Below, one piece after another: positions 1 through 11,818 of a DNA stretch of 45,369 nucleotides. Under the pieces are notes generated by a model that worked only from the letters and a program-made list of their open reading frames with translations, had not been told where the DNA came from and ran no database searches. This DNA is from Octopus bimaculoides. Lineage: Eukaryota. The translations under genes and the position numbers were made by a program. Position 1 is the stretch's first letter, and every line of letters begins with the position of its first letter. The stretch is from NCBI RefSeq assembly GCF_001194135.2, contig NC_068986.1, forward strand, positions 106,278,388-106,323,756. Direction: 5' to 3'.

Positions 1-82
1 ATATATATATATATATACACACATAAACACATACATATATACGTATATGTATGCATCCATGTTTGTAGTTCTCTAAAAGCTA

Positions 83-87
83 TAGAC

Positions 88-120
<33 letters not shown>

Positions 121-122
121 TA
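83..122. repeat. (GATA)n microsatellite
   Basis: Direct reading of tandem GATA. Confidence 0.95.
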
Positions 123-196
123 GGCATACCTCTATGTATTTCTTTTATGTATTTCTATTTATGTACCAGTCTATTTATAAGACTACATATATAAAT

Positions 197-293
197 ATGT
201 GTGTGTGTGTTTGTGCGTGTGTTTTGTTATGTGTCTTTGTGTTTGTGTGTGTCTGTGTGTTTATGTGTCTGTGTGTATATGTGTCTGTGTGTA

Positions 294-380
<87 letters not shown>
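197..380. repeat. (GT)n microsatellite, degenerate at its left end
   Basis: Direct reading; explains the CV-repeat ORFs. Confidence 0.95.
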
Positions 381-382
<2 letters not shown>

Positions 383-981
383 TTGTTAGTGTTGCCCTAA
401 CGTTTTGCCCTGCTGTAATGCTTATTCGATGTCCTACAAATGGAATCAATATCTAGGACTTACAGGCAAAGTCTTGTCAATTCACCCGTTCCACACGTTT
501 TCAGCTGATTTTGTTTCTCTTATAATATTCTCAGAAAGCTGACATAATTAGCATGTAATTGTAACACATCCAGCTTCATCTACTTATTCTCTGTTAAGAG
601 GGAATTCAATCATAACTTCCTGCAACGGAGTATCTGCGACTCTCATTGAACAGCAGAAGAAATACAATACGTATCTCGAGGGAAGAAGCCAACGTCATCC
701 AATCTATTCTTCCTAGGGCGCATAAGAAATCATGTTATATACACCCCTGTAGAGCATGCATTGGAAATGTAATACCGCCTGGGGATTGGCTATGAAAATT
801 ATCGCATGTTCTTCATAGTCAGCCTGTATTGAGATTAATGGTTTATTTCAATTATTCCTTAAAGAATCACATATGACTTGTGTTCAGGATTCAAAAATAT
901 TCCTACATCATTCTCGAAACTAGGAAAAAAAAAAAAAGGGAGATACTAGCTTATCAAAGTTTTCTCAAACACCAGTTTATA

Positions 982-1310
982 AATATTTGCTTCAAATTTT
1001 GGAGCAAAATTAGCAATTTCAGGTAACAGGGAGAAGTTGATTAAATCAGTCCAATACTCAATTGTTACTTATTTTATCGACCCCGAAAAGATGAAAGGTA
1101 AAGTCGAACCTGATGGAATTTGAACCCAGAACAAAAAGACGTACAAAATACCGCTGAGTGGCTGTGAGGTAAGACGCTTGCTTCTCATCCACATAGTTCC
1201 GGGTTCAACCCCACTGCGTAGCACCTAGCGCAAGTGTCTTCTACTATAGCCTCGAGCCTACCAAAGCTTTGTGAGTGGATTTAGTTGACGGAAACTGAAA
1301 GAAGCCCGTC

Positions 1311-1402
<92 letters not shown>

Positions 1403-1693
1403 ATGTGTGTTTGTCTGTTATTTGTGTCTGTAGTTGTCTTCCCACCATCGCTTGACAATCTATGTTGGTGTGTTTACGTCCCGTGACTTAGCGGTTCGGC
1501 AAAAGTGACCGATAAGTACTAGGTTTACAATAAGTACTAGGCTTACAAAAAATACGTTCTGGGTTCGTCGATTTGTTCGACTAAAATTGGTGCTCCAGCA
1601 TGGCCGCAGTCAAATGGCTGAAACAAGTAACACAAAAGAATAAGATCAAGTATTTTGTCCGACGTGCTAACGATTTTGTCAGCACTTCGCCTT
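982..1693 (-). mobile_element. SINE family B copy, split by a family-A insertion (pieces 982-1155 and 1648-1693)
   Basis: Core tttatcgaccccgaaaagatgaaaggtaaagtcga...gaatttgaacccagaac...aaataccgct stops at 1155 and resumes as aagtatttt...gtgctaacgatt...cgcctt at 1648, matching other in-window copies. Confidence 0.8.
1156..1647 (+). mobile_element. SINE family A (tRNA-derived head, internal (TA)n(GT)n tract)
   Basis: A-box-like tggctgtgaggt and B-box-like gggttcaaccc; body and tail (gctccagcatggccgcagtcaaat..gaaacaagtaa) shared with many in-window copies. Confidence 0.9.
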
Positions 1694-1900
1694 CAAATTT
1701 GTATCAATTTTGGCACAAGGCCTGCAATTGTTATAGGAGCGGGGCAATTAGTTACATTGGTCCCAGTACCTGACTGGTTCTCATCTTACCGACCCCAAAT
1801 GAAATTCAAGGTCGACCTTTGCGGCATTTGAGCTCAGAGCATAAAGAGCCGGAAAAAAATTCTGGTAAAATTGTCCGCCTGCTAACGACTCCGTCAAACA
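1694..1900 (-). mobile_element. SINE family B, degenerate, stacked directly against the previous copy
   Basis: ggcacaaggcctgcaatt...ccgacccc...ggtcgacc...atttgagctcagagc...gctaacgactc. Confidence 0.65.
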
Positions 1901-2039
1901 ACAGAGTTATAAGCAGTCGGACAATGTTTGTCAGTTTAAATGGAAAACGAAGAACGAAACCGACGGAGTGCCAATACCACACGTCCAGTGTCGATTTGAT
2001 CGCCAGTCTAGTCGAAACTGTGGTTTATGATTTATTGTT

Positions 2040-2830
2040 GTTGTTGTGAGTTTGAGAAGAAATGAGTCCGGGTGAAATTTGCTGTTCTTTGGGACCAGGG
2101 AGAATACTTTTCCGCTGCCTTGGTTTTGGTGAAGGTGTTCTCAGTGGCTCATGGTGTAGATGTGGTTATGGTGTTGGTGATAGGATTTGATACGTGGTAC
2201 TCCCATAGGCATAACATTTTATCTTTCTACCTTCTAGCACTACTCTTATACACTCCACGTCCTCCAGACATCTTTCAGGCATTTGTATGACTGTGCTGGA
2301 GTCGGATTTTCAAATACCCTATACTTTTGTTAAGGCAATCATTGATGACAGATTTTGTTTTTTTCTGATCTGATCTTTTTGACCTGGTGGTAGAGCAAGA
2401 AAATTAGGTTTCATCACGCATTTTTTGAAAATTTTCTCCAAATCAGAGTCGAAAGAGAGTTCCACTTATCTCTGTAGAGTAATTTTGCTGTAAGACATGT
2501 TATCTGTGTTGTTGTAGTGGTGGGCGTTTACCTGTTAAATTTGTTCATTTTGTGAAATTCGTTGTTGCTGTTGTTGTCGTTGATGTTGCCGTTATTGTTG
2601 TTGATGTTGCTGTTGTTAGCCTCAATGTTTTTTTTTGTTAAAATTTCCATTTTCAGTTCGTCATCAAATTTGTAGTTGAAAATTACGCTGTCGTCTAATT
2701 TCAAAGCAACGACATAACGCGTCCCGTTCACACACTCTTTCACTGCGTTCTGGCAACGCTCCTGTCTCCACATCTCATAAACAAGCTTCACTGTATCGTC
2801 TGGTGTTTTATACATGGAGGAAGAAAACAC
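2040..2830 (-). mobile_element. Possible decayed LINE ORF1 (L1/Tx1-like gag-knuckle) fragment
   Basis: Minus-strand translation near 2190-2295 reads TVIQMPERCLEDVECIRVVLEGRKIKCYAYGSTTYQ, resembling a V.VEGR..C..C...H zinc-knuckle lead-in with lost ligands; weak. Confidence 0.3.
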
Positions 2831-2889
2831 AAATTTTCATTACGGAAACAATAGCGAATGGAGATGCCAATCTCCTCACAAAATGGGGA

Positions 2890-3196
2890 ACAACGTATGG
2901 AGGTTAAATTCATAAGACGGCAGCAAACAACTTGACTTACTCAATGATACACATTTCAAAACTGAATGCAAATGTTTTCAATTATTGATATTCGACTTGT
3001 TTACAAGAATTACGGAGTCGATAGTAAGTGAAGCACAACCGTGTAGATAGAAGATCTCTTTGAGCGTGGTTTAGAGTAACAGAGAAGTGGTATGAACAAG
3101 AGCCATTGCTTGTGTTAGAGAAGAAGAATTACAATATTCTATGGGATTTCTTCATAAAGATAGACTATACTATTGAATCAAGACGACCGGATGTAA
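2890..3196 (+). mobile_element. R4/Dong-clade non-LTR retrotransposon fragment (region leading into the restriction-like endonuclease)
   Basis: RVTEKWYEQEPLLVLEKKNYNILWDFFIKIDYTIESRRPDV (about 3074-3196) matches the KWYEH.P..V.EN...ILWDF.I.TD..I..RRPD motif; decayed IVSE/KHNRV upstream. Confidence 0.7.
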
Positions 3197-3220
3197 ATAT
3201 AGATTACAAAATAATAATTA

Positions 3221-3604
3221 TTTACTCTTTTACTCTTTTATTTTTTTCAGTAATTTGATTGTGGCCCTGCTGGAGCACCACCTTTAGTCGAGCAAATCGA
3301 CCCCAGGACTTATTCTTTGTAAGCCTAGTACTTATTCTATCGTTGTCTTTTGCCGAACCGCTAGGTTACGGGAACGTAAACACACCAGCATCGCTTGCCA
3401 AGCGATGTTGGGGGGGACAAACACAGACACACAAACATATACACACACCGTCGTGTGACGGGCTTCTTTCAGTTTCCGTCTACCAAATCCATTCACAAGG
3501 CTATAGTAGAAGACACTTGCCCAAGGTGCCACGCAGTGGGACTGAACCCGGAACCATGTGGTTCGTAAGCAAGCTACTTACCACACAACCACTCCTACGC
3601 CTAT
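3221..3604 (-). mobile_element. SINE family A, near full length
   Basis: Reverse complement of the 1156-1647 copy; head tggttgtgtggtaagtagcttgcttacgaaccacatggttccgggttcagtccc. Confidence 0.9.
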
Positions 3605-3605
3605 G

Positions 3606-3674
<69 letters not shown>

Positions 3675-3675
3675 G
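3605..3675. repeat. (TAA)n microsatellite
   Basis: Direct reading. Confidence 0.95.
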
Positions 3676-3949
3676 ATAAATAGAAATAAATAGTTGAATT
3701 GATTTATTTCGTTTTGGGATTTGGTTTGCAAAATTCTTTATGTGAGTTTGTGTCTTGAATTATATTCTGTTGTGTCTGGGGAGAGTCATTCTCTTTTGGT
3801 GCCTTATAATTTAACACACACACACCGGTAAAATTTCCACTCATTTACATATTTCTTTTTCTAAAATTTCCGTTGCGTCTTGCAACCTTTTCAATAGTTG
3901 TTGACTCTGTCCGTTATTCAAGATGTGTTCTTTTTGTTTGCTTGTGAGC

Positions 3950-4196
<247 letters not shown>

Positions 4197-4214
4197 TCTC
4201 CTTGTGTGCGCATG

Positions 4215-4520
4215 TGAGAAAAACAGAACTGAAAGATCACACATCTTGCAATTATAATGACTGTGTATAAAAAGGAAACTGAAAAAATTTATAAATATCA
4301 GGACTCAGGCATCGAGATGAAAAGATTGTAGATGACTATGGCAGCAATTTTTTTCTTGTAGTAATTGATACATTTGGTGCAACAAACAAACGGCAACCTA
4401 TGAGGCTGAGTGATATCGGAATTGAGAATTGCATTGCGGATCTGTATACTGTAAGAATCCTAAGAAAAATTCTTGAAATTTGTTGTCACCAAACCTCAAA
4501 ATGTCATAACATTTAATATT
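4215..4520 (+). mobile_element. R4/Dong-clade 3' end (RLE C-terminus), decayed
   Basis: KETEKIYKYQDSGIEMKRL*...VVIDTFGA...RLSDIGIE...TVRILRKILEI matches the EK..KY.DL..E..RLW...PVVIGALG...ILRKVL pattern. Confidence 0.7.
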
Positions 4521-4553
4521 TATAATAAAAATAAACCTCTCAAGGAAGATACT

Positions 4554-4637
4554 AGTCAATTACTTCGACCCAAGCCCTCAACTGGTATTTATTATATCGA
4601 CCTCGAAACGATGAAAGGCAAAGTCAAACTCGTCGGA
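4554..4637 (-). mobile_element. SINE family B internal fragment
   Basis: caactggtatttattatatcgacctcgaaacgatgaaaggcaaagtcaaactcg. Confidence 0.75.
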
Positions 4638-5431
4638 AACAGGAATTGTATCTGCGATTGGGTGTAACACAGGTTCCTGTAACACAGGTTCCTGTCACCA
4701 AATTTCAATTATAGAAATTTGGCTCAGCCAAGACTACGTTTTGACTGAAGGTTCTTACTCAGAACACTGAGTATTAAAGAGAAATTTGTAATCTATACCT
4801 AGTTTAAAACTACTGAAAATAGTGTTAATAATCTAAAAATATTATGATCCAGCGGTTTGTAGATGGGTTAGCTTGTATGCAATGTAAAATGACTCTTGCA
4901 AGAGAGAAGGAAAAACAACATGCACCCTTGAGGGCTTAGATGTGACAAGACACGCAACAGAAAATAACATTTTATGCTCGACATAGAAACCTGAGTATGA
5001 ACGTATGTGGATGACGAAGCAATTAAATTGATATATAATTAATCATGGATATTTAATGACATGAGGTATCTGAACATGCGAGTGTGCTAATTAAAGAACT
5101 GATCATCAGTAGCATAAAAACATTTTTTCATATACATACGTATATATGTATATATGTATATGTGTGTATTTGTGCCTGTTTGTGTGTATAAACATATATA
5201 CATGTATCTTTATATACGTATGTTTGTGTGTGTGTGTATTTGATTATCTTCAGATTTGTTTAATACGCATGAAATTCTCTGAAATGTAAATTTAGAAAAC
5301 TACTTTTTACACACACGAACTGTGTCAATATGTCATATTACAACGTAGTCTTCATGATTTTCGCCATCTTTCCCATCATTCACCACTAACATTTCTGTTC
5401 ATCACACATTATTTCCTGTTTTTCTTTTCTT

Positions 5432-5432
<1 letters not shown>

Positions 5433-5502
<70 letters not shown>

Positions 5503-5707
5503 TTACTACTACTACTATAACTACTTCTATATCTATGTGCATACATATATACATATTTATACATACTGCTAGAACCACCAGCACCAGCACCACCATTGCT
5601 ACTACCACTACTAGTACTACTACTATGATATCCATGTGCATACATGTATACACACACATACATACTGCTATTACCATCAACACCACAAGCACCACCAACA
5701 CCATTGT

Positions 5708-5746
<39 letters not shown>
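5433..5746. repeat. (ACT)n / (ACC)n trinucleotide tracts
   Basis: Direct reading; source of the poly-V/S/T/Y ORFs. Confidence 0.9.
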
Positions 5747-6287
5747 CACTGCTGCTGCTATTATATAATTTGTTGTCGCTTGTTTCCCCCTATTCTCCCT
5801 CCTTCCACCCACCGCTTTCACCTTCATATCTTATTGCTAACAGTATTATTTTGTTAATTGGATCAATTACTTCAATTCATTTTCACAAAATATCGATCTG
5901 CTTTTAATGAGATTCTGAAAGTTTCCAAGTTGGGTGAAGAGATCTATTACAGTCAAAGTAGCTTCATCTATAGAAATCTGTCAGTAACATTCTCTACTTT
6001 AACTAGATATCTCATTTACTTATATGCTTTACTAAGACACACACATACACACACACACTTCCCTCCCCCTCACACAAATTTACTCACATACACACAGGCA
6101 CAAGCACTCACGCAAATACACATAAGCACACGTGCATACATGTGCGTTAAACAGATATTCAGACGTACACGTACGCAAGTACATTTATAAACACCTACAT
6201 ACATGCGTTGCGTACGTATATTTACATGCACATACATATACATGCATATATTCTTATACATACACACACACGTATATATGAGTATAT

Positions 6288-6341
<54 letters not shown>

Positions 6342-6365
6342 TTATACATATATATGTTACAACTG

Positions 6366-6520
6366 CCATAGTTGTGTGGTTAAGAAGCTTTACAACTACG
6401 TGGTTCGGGTTCGGCTTAGTTGCTCTTCGTCTTGGGCAAGTATTTCTACTTTTGTGCTTTAACCGACCTGTAACTTGTTAGTGAATTTGGTAGGCAGAAA
6501 CTTTGTGAAAGCCCGCGCAC
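6366..6520 (+). mobile_element. SINE family A 5' half, degenerate
   Basis: gttgtgtggttaagaagct...ttcgggttcgg...cttgggcaagtatttctact...gtgaatttggtaggcagaaac. Confidence 0.7.
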
Positions 6521-6636
6521 ACACACACACACATACACACGCACACGCACATACATGCGCACAGACGCAGAATGTATTTTGACTGTCAGTCCGTTTTCAA
6601 ATAGGTCCATTTGTTTGCTGATATTTCTTTGATCTT

Positions 6637-7073
6637 AAGGCGGCGAGTTGGCAGAAACGTTAGCACACCGAGCGAAATGCTTAGCAGTATTTCGTCTGCC
6701 GTTACGTTCTGAGATCAAATTCCGCCGAGGTCGACTTTGCCTTTCATCCTATCGAGGTCGATAAACTAAGTACCAGTTACGCACTGGGGTCGATGCAATC
6801 GACTTAATCCCTTCGTCTGACCTTGTTTGTCCCATCTATATTTAGCCCCTTGTGGGTAATAAAGAAATAAGAAACGCTAGCACCCCGGGTGAAATACATA
6901 GCGGTAATTCGTCTGTCTTTATGTTCTGAGCTCAAATTCTGCCGAGGTCGAATTTGCCTTTCATCGTTTCGGGGTCGATAATTAAGTAGCAGTTGCGTAC
7001 TGGGGTCGATCTAATCGACTGGCTCCCCGCCCTAAAAATTTCGGGCCTTGTGCCTAGAGTAGAAAAGGATATT
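6637..7073 (+). mobile_element. SINE family B dimer (unit with tail 1 plus headless unit with tail 2), bounded by a 17-bp TSD
   Basis: Head aaggcggcgagttggcagaaacgttagc; B-box-like gagatcaaattcc; flanks gatatttctttgatctt (6620-6636) and gatatttctttcatctt (7068-7084). Confidence 0.92.
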
Positions 7074-7384
7074 TCTTTCATCTTTGTTTTTTGAAGATGT
7101 CCAATATTCCATCTCTTATCCTCTTGCACAACATAGCAACAGCGAATACATCCTTGTAAGTGGCCGCAAGTTCGGACATGCTCCTGCTAATACGACAACT
7201 TGATGAAAGTACGTGATTAGCACTATTTAATTATTGCGTAGCGAAAGTTCCACCGTTTGTGTTTCCAAGCATTTCGACCTGCGGTGAATCCGTTATATTT
7301 CCAACGTTGGCAGCACACTAAAGTGGACTAAAGGAAACGAGATCATTTTGGTTGCTCAAATAAACTGGTTAATCTGTCGGTTAT

Positions 7385-7677
7385 GTTGTTAAGGGTTCCA
7401 GGTGATTTGATCAACTGAACAGCCTGCTTGCGAATTTACATGCATGTAGCTGAGTACTCCACAGATACGTGTACCCCGAACGCAGATCTGAGAGAGATTA
7501 AGCATAACACAAAGTGTGACAAGACTGACTGTTTTCAAATAGGGGTACAACTCCTTTTCGTCCGCTGAAGTGACGAGAACAACGTGAAATAAAGTATCTT
7601 GCTTAAGGCTAAATCGCAGCGCCAAGAATCGAAATCGCGACCATACGATCGAATATTCTAATCACTAAACCACGCAC
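7385..7677 (-). mobile_element. SINE family C variant (tRNA head, shared central domain)
   Basis: Shares ctccacagatacgtgtaccc...gtgtgacaagactg...tacaac with 13707-13830 and the gtgaaataaagt..cttgct..agg module with 39731-39908. Confidence 0.75.
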
Positions 7678-8194
7678 GTTGACAAGCTGCTCAGATAGTT
7701 AAGCAAGAAATACTTGTGCTGATGACAAAATTTATAGTAGCTGCAGAGTGGTGTGAACGAACTTCACTTTATGGAAATCATTCTCCAGTTAACACTGTGC
7801 ACAAATGAATCGACACACTTGAGTGACAAGATGTTCATGATCCAATCAAGACATAGTGTTGAATTAACTGTACTTCAGTGACAGAAGCAGGAAGAGTGCA
7901 GCGAAGGGGAAACCTTCTCAAAAGCCACAGATTTCACTGTTGAACATCGGAGTCAAAGAGTAAAGAATCACCAACAATTGCAAATTAAAACATTTGCAAC
8001 AAATTGGTCTTGATCTAAAAGGGAATTCCCCGCCAATCTGATAGGGTTTGGTTCTGCAGTGTGCGCATGTGTCCTGCTCCTATAGGAAAAGTATTTCCTT
8101 GGGGACATTTCAATAGCCAATCATCCAACAAGAACACACACACATGATGGTGTTGACTCGCATACATACGCACATAGATATTTTACGAACTTCT

Positions 8195-8340
8195 GGACAG
8201 TTTTCATCTGGTATATTTTATTCACAATGTCTTTAATGAACCTAAGGCTATTGTAAAAGTACTTGCTTAAGCTACTGTGCCGCAGAATTGAACACTGAAC
8301 CACTTGGTTATGAATTCTACTTCTTTAACACACATCTATC
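8195..8340 (-). mobile_element. SINE family A 5' half, highly degenerate
   Basis: cttctggacagttttcatct...ctaaggctattgtaaaagtacttgcttaag...gaattgaacactgaaccact. Confidence 0.55.
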
Positions 8341-8436
8341 CCTATACCCTTTTGTCCAAGATTAGAAAACGAAACCCTTTTTTGCAGAAAACTGACAAAG
8401 TTTGCAGAAATCCTTACGGTAATATCAATTTTACAT

Positions 8437-8663
8437 ATTTATTTCTTTATTGCCCACAGGGGGCTAAACACAGAGGGGAAAAACAAGGACAGGCAAAGGG
8501 TATTAAGTCGATTACTTCGACCCTAGAGCGTAACTGGTACTTATTTAATCGACACCCGAAAGGATGAAAGGCAAAGTCGACCTGGGTGGAATTTGAACTC
8601 AGGACGAAATACCGCTAAGCATCTCGCGCAGCGCGCTTACGATTCTGCCAGCTCACCACCCTT
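8437..8663 (-). mobile_element. SINE family B monomer (tail 1)
   Basis: Reverse complement of unit 1 of 6637-7073. Confidence 0.9.
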
Positions 8664-8722
8664 ATCAATCCGACATATTGTCGGGTATTTTTTTAAAGTA
8701 AAAAACCAGTAAGTTCTCATCA

Positions 8723-8820
8723 TACGAAGTGGTATCAAAAACAGTTCCCTGATTAGTAAAAAAAATAATTTTATTTACCTAATTGTTAACATCATCTTCA
8801 AAATAGTCACCTTGCGCAGG
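8723..8820 (+). mobile_element. Mariner-like 5' terminal remnant
   Basis: tacgaagtggtatcaaaaacagttcc resembles a TA-flanked mariner TIR start; catcttcaaaatagtcaccttg resembles a mariner 5' UTR (from memory). Confidence 0.4.
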
Positions 8821-9629
8821 TGACTAACAATAAAATTAGCCCCGTGACATAGGGGTAAATTTTACACATAATTCGCATGAATTAGCTGAAACGTCTCGAA
8901 CATAACTGTAACCTCACTTCTTCATATCAAGAACGATTGACGTAGAGATGTACATCACGTGCAACCCATTGATCTTCAAGTTAATGATTTCGCATACGGT
9001 AGAATGTGAAATCAGTTATATACATTAATGAAAGTCCTGGCATGCATTGCGCGCTGCTTACTGTTATGTTAGCTAAAACTAACATAACTATTAATAGTCA
9101 GTGCAGCAGGTCACTTCAATATGATGCAATATGAAGCGGATTGTATCTGCTTGTTAGGCGGTCCAACTACTTTTCAACATGGCTAGTTGAGAGTCTCAGT
9201 TCAAAAATATCAATCAACTTAATGTTATGTTTGTTGATCGAAATGTTAGATAAGTTTGGGAAATTAACAGCACGAGGAAAGAAATAGTAAAAATACACTT
9301 GTTTCCAACCTAATCCTTAGACCTCTCGTCTGTAGCTACATAAATCACTGTTCTAAATCGATTTAAAGATTATATTAATAGCATGATTTATTTTTTGCTG
9401 CGTATTTTTCTTCAGTATTTATTTGTAGCTATTTGTGTACTTATTCACTCAACTTTATCAATCATTTAGATCAAGAAACCCCAAAATAACGTGATTGGTA
9501 CGTTGACTAGTTAATAGACGTAAGCCGTAGCTGAGTTAATATTGTGTTCTGTTGTAGTCCGAAAGATCGCCGTTCGCAATACACTGTTAGTTTCGAGCTG
9601 TGCGGTCCAGGTTCGACTAATTATAAATA

Positions 9630-9843
9630 ACTTTTCTAACTAGACACAAGGCCCGGAATTTTGTGGGAGTGGGCCAGTTGATTAGATCGACCCCAGTACG
9701 CAACTGCTACATAATTTATAGACCCCGAAAGGACGAAAAGCAAAGTCGACCTCGGCGGAATTTGAACTCAGAACATAAAGACAGACGAAATACCGCAAAG
9801 CATTTTGTCCGGCATGCTAACGTTTCTGCCAGCTTGCTGCCTT
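9630..9843 (-). mobile_element. SINE family B monomer (tail 2)
   Basis: Reverse complement of unit 2 of 6637-7073 plus a head. Confidence 0.9.
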
Positions 9844-9865
9844 ATAAACATAATAATGAATAAAT

Positions 9866-9970
9866 AATCTTTTCTACTCTAGGCACAAGGCCTGAAATCT
9901 TTTGGGGAAGGATTCCAGTCGATTAGATCGACCTCATTACGCAACTGGTACTTAATTTATCGACCCCGAG
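9866..9970 (-). mobile_element. SINE family B 3' half, cut off where the family-C copy begins
   Basis: cttttctactctaggcacaaggcctgaaat...ttatcgaccccga. Confidence 0.85.
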
Positions 9971-9981
9971 GCAGACGTGTG

Positions 9982-10292
9982 TGTTGTTATTGCTGGTTCG
10001 TTCTCGAGCCATTCCTGGCTCAGAAGGATCGGTTTCCCGGTTTCATTGGCGTATAGATTACCCACCTGGACAGGATGACGGTCCGTCGCAGAGGAGCCGC
10101 AAGATGCAGGAGGAAAGAGTGAGAGGAAGTTGTGGCGAAAGAGTCAGCAGAAGTTCGCCATTACCTTCTGCCGGAGCTGCGTGTAGCTTAGATGTTTCGC
10201 TCATAAACACACACATCGCTCGGTCTGTGATTCGAACCCACGATCCCTCAACCGCAAATCCGTTGCGCTAACCACTCAGCCATGTACCCCCA
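9982..10292 (-). mobile_element. SINE family C variant with an RTE-like 3' tail
   Basis: tRNA-like head tggctgagtggttagcgcaacggatttgcggttgagggatcgtgggttcgaatc; module gagtgagaggaagttgtggcgaaagagt...ctgccggagc shared with 13840-13910; different tail ending in (AAC)-like repeats. Confidence 0.8.
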
Positions 10293-11300
10293 CCACATAC
10301 ATATATATATGTATGTATGTATATAAATTAACTCACACTTATAGGTATGCACTCACACTAACTGAAATCTTCTAATAAAGAAAAAAAAGCTGCATCAACA
10401 AACGCGTGCATTACTATCATGTCACAGCCTCCAAATAAACTCCAGTTTCTATCTCCACCCACGACCACCCAGCCGTACACCCCCACATTAACACCCCTTC
10501 ATGTAGTTGCTCAGGTAATCATACCCGAGCAACTGAAGCAAAATAATTAAAAAACAATAAATAAAAAAACAAATAAATATATAGTTTCCTTCGCTAACAA
10601 AATCAATATCAGATATCTTGGAGAAAAATATTTTTGTCCTAAACGTTAATCGAATTGGATCGAAATCGATTTCTTCCTTGCTTTTATGTAAACAATCTAA
10701 GACATACATAAATACGATCTTGCACACAGAAAAACGCATTGACAGGAATTATGCACTCGCATGCTGATATGAAGCTCTTCGTATATTGACGAGTAAACGA
10801 TTGTACAAATGATATGCGTTTATAAACAAATAGCTATGCAAATTACACATACACGCGCACATATGCGCACGTTCACACACGTACACGTACATAATGCGCA
10901 TTTCTTATTTTATTGGTTTCAGAAAAATGATGTACAACTGCTACGGTTTTTCAGTTCGATCCTATCGATTCTCGAAGTTATTTTCGTTTAGTATTTATGT
11001 CATCAATCTCCATTTATCTATTTATCACTAATTTACACATGGACATAAAGAGAGGTAAGTAGATACATCGATTTGCATTGCTAAAATACAAATATATAGA
11101 CGCATGTATGGCTGTGTGGGAAGAAATTTGCTTCCCAATCACATGATTCCGGGTTCTGTCTCATTGCGTGGCTGTTTAGGCAAGTGCCTCCTATAATAGG
11201 CCCTGACTGACCAAAGCCCAGTGAGTAGATTCATTAGATAGAAAGTGGAAGAAGCCTACCGTGTATGTATGTATTTATATATATATATATATATATATAT

Positions 11301-11556
11301 CGTGAAGTATATTTGCCACCTAAATGTGGCAAACCCTTACGGGATGATGCCACTGTAGCTTGTAGCCCCAGGAAGAAATCTCCTCCAGCTGACTATTGAT
11401 ACACTATCTGAACGATGAGTTCCGTTTGCAAATACTGATAGGCCACAGAAAGTGTGTCAATAGCCAGCTGGAGGAGATGTCTTCCTGGGGCTACAAGTTA
11501 CAAGTAACATCCACCCTTAAGGGTTAGCCACATTTAGGTGGCAAATATACTTCATG
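11301..11556. mobile_element. MITE/fold-back element with about 105-bp inverted arms
   Basis: Arms 11301-11405 and 11451-11556; exact blocks tgaagtatatttgccacctaaatgtggc, cttgtagccccaggaaga, atctcctccagctg; sits next to (TA)n. Confidence 0.85.
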
Positions 11557-11562
11557 ATGTCG

Positions 11563-11773
11563 NNNNNNNNNNNNNNNNNNNNNNNNNNNNNNNNNNNNNN
11601 NNNNNNNNNNNNNNNNNNNNNNNNNNNNNNNNNNNNNNNNNNNNNNNNNNNNNNNNNNNNNNNNNNNNNNNNNNNNNNNNNNNNNNNNNNNNNNNNNNNN
11701 NNNNNNNNNNNNNNNNNNNNNNNNNNNNNNNNNNNNNNNNNNNNNNNNNNNNNNNNNNNNNNNNNNNNNNNNN
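11563..11773. other. Assembly gap (N run). Other gaps: about 14655-15604, 17399-17408, 19763-19968, 21648-22555, 23196-23512, 28345-28807, 35231-35862, 40007-40558, 41056-41948, 42602-42698
   Basis: Runs of n, nearly all flanked by simple repeats; ORFs through them are artefacts. Confidence 0.98.

Positions 11774-11818
<45 letters not shown>

Noticed and set aside
4663-4698. 15-bp tandem duplication tgtaacacaggttcc x2; also attttgggcctac x2 at about 12528-12558
   Set aside because: Short local duplications with no further structure; ordinary slippage or repair footprints.
7085-7165. Plus-strand exon-like segment (ttttttgaAG...CTT|gtaagt)
   Set aside because: No phase-linked partners or recognisable peptide. 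It shows that such signals arise by chance here, which also tempers the minus-strand model.
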